Below, one piece after another: positions 58,598 to 64,000 of a stretch of DNA of 64,000 bases. Position numbers and translations under genes: made by a program. Every line of letters starts with the position of its first letter. The first letter of the stretch is position 1. The notes beneath the pieces were generated by a model. It ran no database searches. It was not told the DNA's origin and was given only the letters and a program-made list of their open reading frames with translations. This DNA is from Candidatus Nanoarchaeia archaeon (GTDB lineage Archaea > Nanobdellota > Nanobdellia > SCGC-AAA011-G17 > JACPNG01): assembly GCA_028713535.1 (NCBI GenBank), contig JAQTOC010000002.1, forward strand, positions 9,090 to 73,089, given 5' to 3'.

Positions 58598-59293
58598 TTT
58601 TCTTATTTTTCCTTGCATTGTCCAGCCAGTTAAGAATACGAACTCAGGAAATTTTAATGGCTCTATTTTTATTTTGACTTTGTTTTTTCTTATTGCCTCC
58701 AGAACAGAATCAACATTCTTATTGGAATCTATCAGTGAATAGTTTCTCCCGAGCTGGAATTTCCAGTGCCCGTCTGAATTTGCCAGTAATGGTTTATTGT
58801 ATTTTTTTGCAGTTTTTTCTGCTTTATTGTTGAAGTAATTAAAATGATTCAAGTAATACATCGAGTATTCAATCGCATCAAAATATTTTATGTTTTCAAT
58901 CAATTTTTTTCTTAAGCCCATCGGATAAAATGGATGGGGTGCAACTATCAATCCATTTTCTTCTCTTACTTTTTCAAGATCTTCAAATTCTTTTATCTTG
59001 TCAAAATCCCTGTAGTTTAAAATTAAGACTTCTCCTCCGCCAACGTATTTTTCAACTCCGGGAATCAGCAAAACATTTTTCTTCTTTGCATAATCTTTGA
59101 AATGATAATAGCTGTTTAACGCATCCTTGTAAGTTTTTTTTATGAAGCAGCCATGCAATGAAGCATGCTCTGTTAAAGCTAAAACCTCATAGCCTTTTTT
59201 AGAAAGAATATTGATTGCTTCTTTTGGGGAATAATGCCCCTCTCTTTTTTTCTGCACGTGATTTGTGTGTATGTGCAAGTCTGCCTTTAGCAT
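58583..59293 (-). CDS. PHP-domain metal-dependent phosphoesterase
   Basis: DLHIHT, TEH, PHP, NSDGH. Confidence 0.85.
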   Translation of the reverse strand: MLKADLHIHTNHVQKKREGHYSPKEAINILSKKGYEVLALTEHASLHGCFIKKTYKDALNSYYHFKDYAKKKNVLLIPGVEKYVGGGEVLILNYRDFDKIKEFEDLEKVREENGLIVAPHPFYPMGLRKKLIENIKYFDAIEYSMYYLNHFNYFNNKAEKTAKKYNKPLLANSDGHWKFQLGRNYSLIDSNKNVDSVLEAIRKNKVKIKIEPLKFPEFVFLTGWTMQGKIRKLFSV

Positions 59294-59313
59294 AAAACTA
59301 TAAAAAAATAATC

Positions 59314-60003
59314 CTATAAATACTTATTGATATCCTTCCATGATTCAAGGACAAAATCAGCAATCTCTTCCTCATTGCCTGAAGGGTGTCCTCCTTTAAC
59401 AAATATTGCTTTTGCATCAAGCTCTTTTGCTGGTTCTAAGTCTGAATACTTGTCTCCAAGTACAGCAACAACAGTCCCTTTTTCCTTTAGCTCATCAAGA
59501 AGGTTTTTGTTTGAGAAACTAAGAATCGGATTTTGTCCTAAGATATAATCTGGTTTTATTTTTATTCCTGAGATTTCAAACATCCCTGAAATGATGTCAG
59601 ACCTTATCCCAGAAACAATAGCAATTTTGTATTTTTTTGATTTTAAGTACTTTAATGCTTCAACTAATCCATCTGGAAAAATATCAAGTCTTTTTTCTTT
59701 CGCAACCATATACATTCCTATCTGGAATAAGTTTGTTGCTATCTGGGTTTGAATCTCCTCTCCTCTTAAAAATATTCTTTCTTTCTTGTTTGTTACATAA
59801 TTTACCTTAGCATCTTTTTTAAGTCCTGTTAATTTTTCAACAAATTCATTGTTTATCTTGTATAATTCCTTGCTTCTTGCATGCTCCTCTTTTGTTGGCA
59901 GGCTCCTTCCTAAAACCTTGGCCCTGAATTTGTTTGCTTCTTCAGCTACCTCCACCTTGATAAAAGTTCCAGAAAAATCTATTGCTACAATCTTGTCTTG
60001 CAT
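59314..60003 (-). CDS. HAD-superfamily hydrolase
   Basis: IDFSGT, VSG, GDKYSD. Confidence 0.75.
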   Translation of the reverse strand: MQDKIVAIDFSGTFIKVEVAEEANKFRAKVLGRSLPTKEEHARSKELYKINNEFVEKLTGLKKDAKVNYVTNKKERIFLRGEEIQTQIATNLFQIGMYMVAKEKRLDIFPDGLVEALKYLKSKKYKIAIVSGIRSDIISGMFEISGIKIKPDYILGQNPILSFSNKNLLDELKEKGTVVAVLGDKYSDLEPAKELDAKAIFVKGGHPSGNEEEIADFVLESWKDINKYL

Positions 60004-60028
60004 ATTTTACTAAGAAGTATTAGTTTAT

Positions 60029-60478
60029 TTAAGTTTTACCATTTAATGTCTTAATGGCCTGTTCTATAAAAAATATGGCACTTGGAAGTTTTAATCTTTC
60101 TTTGTACTCATGGATTTGGATCCATTCAAGTCGTGCGAATCTTTTTCCATTTTCGATCGTGTAATCTGGTAGATCTCCAAGCCATTCAGTAATCAAAAAA
60201 CCATAAAACCTTATTTTTAAATTTTCAACAATAAACTGTCCAAGAGAAGCATATTTTTTTATAATTACCTTATTTGAAAATTCTTCAGATATCTCTCTTC
60301 TCATTGCCTCATAACTATAATCTCTGCAGTTTTTAGTGTCTTTTGAATCTATGCGTCCATTTGGTATAAAAATTTCTTCACTATCCCTGTTGGGTCTGTG
60401 TTCTATTAAAATTTTTCTTCCCTTTACAAAAAGAAAGAGAACCGCTTCTAAGTATCCGTCTTTGTAATAATCCGCCAT
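60029..60478 (-). CDS. NUDIX hydrolase
   Basis: PNGRID...EAMRREISEE (Nudix box with insertion). Confidence 0.7.
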   Translation of the reverse strand: MADYYKDGYLEAVLFLFVKGRKILIEHRPNRDSEEIFIPNGRIDSKDTKNCRDYSYEAMRREISEEFSNKVIIKKYASLGQFIVENLKIRFYGFLITEWLGDLPDYTIENGKRFARLEWIQIHEYKERLKLPSAIFFIEQAIKTLNGKT

Positions 60479-60548
60479 TTTCTAGATTATGAAGAAACAA
60501 GAAATTATTAAGTTTTACTATAAAATAAAAAAAAGATTAATTTAATAT

Positions 60549-60719
60549 TTAATCTTCAGAAGAAGGATCATCTACTGGATCTGTGTCGTCATCGTCATCG
60601 CCCCATTTTTCTTCTTCTAATTCGTCTTCTTTATCTTCAGATTCCTCATCTTCAAAGTCGCTGAATCCATCCTCTCCTTCATCGTTCTTCTTTAACCATA
60701 ATTTGAATTCTTCTGGCAT
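60549..60719 (-). CDS. very acidic 56-aa protein
   Basis: GGAGGT RBS; MPEEFKLWLKK then a D/E-rich tail. Confidence 0.6.
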   Translation of the reverse strand: MPEEFKLWLKKNDEGEDGFSDFEDEESEDKEDELEEEKWGDDDDDTDPVDDPSSED

Positions 60720-60838
60720 ATTTACCTCCAAGACGTTTTATTTTTTAGAAAAGAAGGAATTTATAAATCTATCTCTTCTCCAGACCAATAAAAAATCTTA
60801 TAAACCGTTAATCCTAATCCTTTTTTTAAGAAGGTGAT

Positions 60839-61918
60839 ATGATGTTTGATGAACTTGGTCCTGAAAAAATAATTGAGATATACGACGCTAAGACGAAAAT
60901 GCACGGCTTTGTTGTCATAGACAACACAAAAAGAGGCCCTGGAAAAGGCGGAGTCAGGATGACCCCAACAGTCTCAAAGGAAGAGGTTTTCAGGCTTGCC
61001 CGAACAATGACCTTGAAATGTGCAATGGCAGATTTGCCTTTTGGCGGGGCAAAGTCAGGGATCATTGCAGATCACCTAAAACTTTCTGAGGAAGAGAAAA
61101 AAAACATTGTTGTTGCTTATGCCAATGCAATAAGACAAATATCTCCAAGCATTTATGTTTCTGCCCCGGACATGAACATGGCAGAAGACGAAATGAGGAT
61201 TATTTCAGGTATTCTTGGGAAAAAAGCAGTTACAGGAAAACCAAAAGACCTTGGAGGATTGCCTCACGAGTTAGGCAGCACTGGCTTCGGTGTTGTCAAG
61301 TCTGCCTTAGTTGCTCTTGATCATCTTAAATTAAATCCAAAAAATATTACATTTGGAGTTGAAGGTTTTGGAAACGTTGGTAGTTTTGCAGCAAAGTTCC
61401 TTGTTGAAAAAGGGGCAAAAATAGTTGCTGCTTCTGATGCAAAAGGCATGGTTTATGATGAAGCTGGTTTGGATTTTAAAAAACTCTGGAAATCTGTAAA
61501 CGAAAAAAAGTCTGTTACAGAAGCAGGGACCGGAAAGATCGGATCAAATAAAGACCTGATGTTCCAGCACTTTGACGTTTTGATAACTGCTGCAATCCCA
61601 GACATCATAACCATGGAAAACTATAATAAAGTTAAAGCTAAATTAATTGTTGAAGGGTCAAACCTCCCTATTGGTGAGGAAGTTGAGGAGAAACTTCATA
61701 AAAAAGGAATCCTGGTTATTCCTGATTTTCTGGCAAATGCCGGAGGTGTAATCTCAAGTTATGTTGAATACATTGGTGGAACTGAAAATGAGATGTTCAA
61801 AATTGTTGAGGAAAAGATTGTGAAAAACACAAAAGAAGTTCTTTCAAGGATGGAAAAAGAAAAGACATACCCAAGAAAGGTTGCCATGAAAATAGCGATG
61901 GAAAGGCTTAAGTTTTGA
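60839..61918 (+). CDS. gdh: Glu/Leu/Phe/Val dehydrogenase
   Basis: GPGKGGVR, MTLK, GGAKSG, APD, TGKP, GFGNVG, NAGGV. Confidence 0.92.
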   Translation: MMFDELGPEKIIEIYDAKTKMHGFVVIDNTKRGPGKGGVRMTPTVSKEEVFRLARTMTLKCAMADLPFGGAKSGIIADHLKLSEEEKKNIVVAYANAIRQISPSIYVSAPDMNMAEDEMRIISGILGKKAVTGKPKDLGGLPHELGSTGFGVVKSALVALDHLKLNPKNITFGVEGFGNVGSFAAKFLVEKGAKIVAASDAKGMVYDEAGLDFKKLWKSVNEKKSVTEAGTGKIGSNKDLMFQHFDVLITAAIPDIITMENYNKVKAKLIVEGSNLPIGEEVEEKLHKKGILVIPDFLANAGGVISSYVEYIGGTENEMFKIVEEKIVKNTKEVLSRMEKEKTYPRKVAMKIAMERLKF

Positions 61919-62290
61919 TCATAAATCCTTGATCTTAAAATTAAATCCGTAGATTACATCTATTTCATACTCGCTGGAAGGATCCACTATTTTAGGAACA
62001 GCATATCTTCTTGTGAAAATATCTTCCTTGCCCCTTTCAACAATAAGATGAACTTGTCCATCCATCATAACAATTCTTGCGACGGTATCATCTAGATATT
62101 CCTTATTCTTTTTAAATTCATTAAGTTTTTGTTTTATATCCTCTCCAAGCGTTAAGTTTTCCTCAATTACAACTTTAAAATATTCATTTAAAAGTTTGCT
62201 CAGATCTATGGTTTTTACAATCCCATATTTATCCCTTACCCTGCCATCTATCTCATTTGTCATTTTATTTTTAGTTTTTCCAGAATCCAA
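61919..62290 (-). CDS. hypothetical protein (start possibly 62263)
   Basis: Open frame; no motif. Confidence 0.45.
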   Translation of the reverse strand: MDSGKTKNKMTNEIDGRVRDKYGIVKTIDLSKLLNEYFKVVIEENLTLGEDIKQKLNEFKKNKEYLDDTVARIVMMDGQVHLIVERGKEDIFTRRYAVPKIVDPSSEYEIDVIYGFNFKIKDL

Positions 62291-62379
62291 TCCAGATTAA
62301 AACAAACTAAAATAATGCCAGCAATTTAAAAGCATTTATGATACAAAAACTATAAATACACCCTAAAAACTTTAATTTT

Positions 62380-63282
62380 ATGAATATAAAGAATAAACTG
62401 TTTTTAGCTCCAATGGCGGGGGTAAACGATATTCCCTTTAGGCTTTTATGCAAAAAATACGGGGCAGATGTAGTAATGACCGAAATGATAAGCGTCAACG
62501 CTCTCTCCAGAAACAACCAAGCAACCTTAAGATTGGCTGAGACAGTAAAGGAAGAGAAACCAATAGGAATCCAGCTATTTGGAACAAGGTTGGATGCCTA
62601 TAAAAAAAGTGTTGAATTAATAGAAAATAATTTTGATTTCATTGACATTAATTTTGGATGCCCGGCAACAAAAGTAATAAAGCAGGGAGCAGGCTCTGCT
62701 TTGTTGAAAAGGCCTGCAAAAATAAAAGAACTTGTCGAGTTTTTAGTTTCTAATTCAAAAAAACCAATATCAGGAAAAATAAGGACAGCTTCAAACAAAG
62801 AAGATTCTTTAAAGACCGCAAGTATGCTTGAGGAAGGCGGTGCTTCATTTGTAATAGTTCATGGAAGAACTACTGGCCAGGGTTATTCTGGAAATGTTAA
62901 CTATGAGCACATTAAGTACATAAAGGAAAATTTACAAATACCTGTTGTCGGCAATGGAGATATAAAAGATAAAGTTTCTTTGGAAAAAATGAAATCAACC
63001 AATGCAGATGCTTTCATGATTGGGCGGGCAGCAATAGGAAACCCAATGGTATTTACAGAAGTGAAAAAAGGAAAAGAAACTAGTTTAGATAAAAAGATAA
63101 AAGTTCTCTATGAATATTGGGATTTAAGCAAAAAACTAAACCGCCAGGATTTTAACAAGCTTAAGTTTTTAAGCTTGGCTGTAATGAAAGGATTTAATCA
63201 GGCAGCAAGATACAGGGAAAAATTGTCTCTTGCAAAAAACTTTGATGAATGGGACAAAGTTATGTCCTTACTTCAGATGTAA
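62380..63282 (+). CDS. dus: tRNA-dihydrouridine synthase
   Basis: LAPMAG, INFGCP, GAGSALL, HGRT, GNGDI, MIGRAA. Confidence 0.92.
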   Translation: MNIKNKLFLAPMAGVNDIPFRLLCKKYGADVVMTEMISVNALSRNNQATLRLAETVKEEKPIGIQLFGTRLDAYKKSVELIENNFDFIDINFGCPATKVIKQGAGSALLKRPAKIKELVEFLVSNSKKPISGKIRTASNKEDSLKTASMLEEGGASFVIVHGRTTGQGYSGNVNYEHIKYIKENLQIPVVGNGDIKDKVSLEKMKSTNADAFMIGRAAIGNPMVFTEVKKGKETSLDKKIKVLYEYWDLSKKLNRQDFNKLKFLSLAVMKGFNQAARYREKLSLAKNFDEWDKVMSLLQM

Positions 63283-64000
63283 TTCAACAACATCCTCATC
63301 GCTTAAAACATGGGTTAATCCAACTTGGGCGCCAGCAAACCTGACAGAGTTTCCCCACACTCTTGCGAACTTGAATTTTTTTATGAAGTCTTTGTGCACT
63401 TTTTCTGCTATGTCTTTTATTGTGGATCCTTTTGGAAGCGCTATTGGCGGGTAGTCTTTTTCTTTCTGCGGCTGTTTTGTGTAAACCTTGATTAATTTTA
63501 ATTTTTCCCATATCAGGTCTGGAAGATTTTGCTGTTTTTTATACTCCAGGATATTTAGTCTTTCATCTTCAAATTCATTGTACAATAATCTTTTTTCAGC
63601 TTCATTGTTGTACATTAAAACAACAAGGTCAGCAATCCTTACTATCGACATAAACGCCAGGCCATTCCTTGTTTTTTCAAAGTCCTTGGTTATTGCAGGA
63701 ACCTCTATTACCTGTATTTTGATTCCCTTGTAGTCCATTGTTCCTATTTCAGGTGCCTGTGTTGTGAAAGGGTATTCTGAAATCAATGGGTTTGAGTTTG
63801 TTAGTTTTTTTAACAAAGTTGATTTTCCAGAGTTTGTTGTTCCGACCAAGGCTATTGTTGCAGCCCCCTCTTTTTTTACTGAGTATTTTGCTTTCCTGCC
63901 TTTTTTCTGTTTTTTCTCTTTCTCAATCAATTCCTTGTACTTCGCTATCTTTGTTTTTATTTCTTTTAAAAGTCCCTCAGAAGACTTATGCTTGGGGGCA
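63268..64000 (-). CDS. DRG/Obg-family GTPase with TGS domain (5' end beyond window)
   Basis: Frame stays open to the window edge (APKHKSSE...), GTTNSGKST, YPFTT, TGS VHKDF...ARVWG. Confidence 0.85.
   Translation of the reverse strand, partial: APKHKSSEGLLKEIKTKIAKYKELIEKEKKQKKGRKAKYSVKKEGAATIALVGTTNSGKSTLLKKLTNSNPLISEYPFTTQAPEIGTMDYKGIKIQVIEVPAITKDFEKTRNGLAFMSIVRIADLVVLMYNNEAEKRLLYNEFEDERLNILEYKKQQNLPDLIWEKLKLIKVYTKQPQKEKDYPPIALPKGSTIKDIAEKVHKDFIKKFKFARVWGNSVRFAGAQVGLTHVLSDEDVVELHLK

Noticed and set aside
1..64000. CRISPR array, transposase, integrase, prophage or rRNA
   Set aside because: No regularly spaced repeats, recombinase motifs, duplicated tRNA ends or rRNA-like sequence seen

Overview
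AT-rich archaeal chromosomal segment. Archaeal markers include EF-1alpha, EF-2 with the diphthamide-site motif, uS10, eL41, GatD/GatE, Kae1, XPD, OapABC, TrmB, ATP-dependent ligase, TATA-box promoters and a BHB-intron tRNA. The gene mix and interspersed orphans suggest a DPANN lineage such as Woesearchaeota (inference only). It is mostly housekeeping: translation, tRNA modification, DnaK/DnaJ/GrpE, SecDF, FtsZ, redox genes, AMP phosphorylase, GlmS and six tRNAs. No integrase, transposase, CRISPR array or rRNA was seen. Most notable: (1) an apparently intact bacterial-type long RelA/SpoT homologue in a native archaeal context; (2) three orphan inserts that interrupt conserved gene pairs (tuf/rps10, fusA/tuf, gatD/gatE) and share an architecture of structured 5' leader, GAAAGGA-type ribosome-binding site, 3' GC hairpin and AAGTATATA motif, one of them encoding an outer-membrane beta-barrel-like protein; (3) an intron-containing tRNA-Ile(UAU) and a tRNA-Pro with a covarying A19-U56 elbow pair; (4) a long structured ftsZ leader that can pair with the ftsZ 3' UTR; (5) a stand-alone LigD-type Prim-Pol and a minimal GatE. 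All calls come from reading motifs by eye; no searches or folding programs were run.
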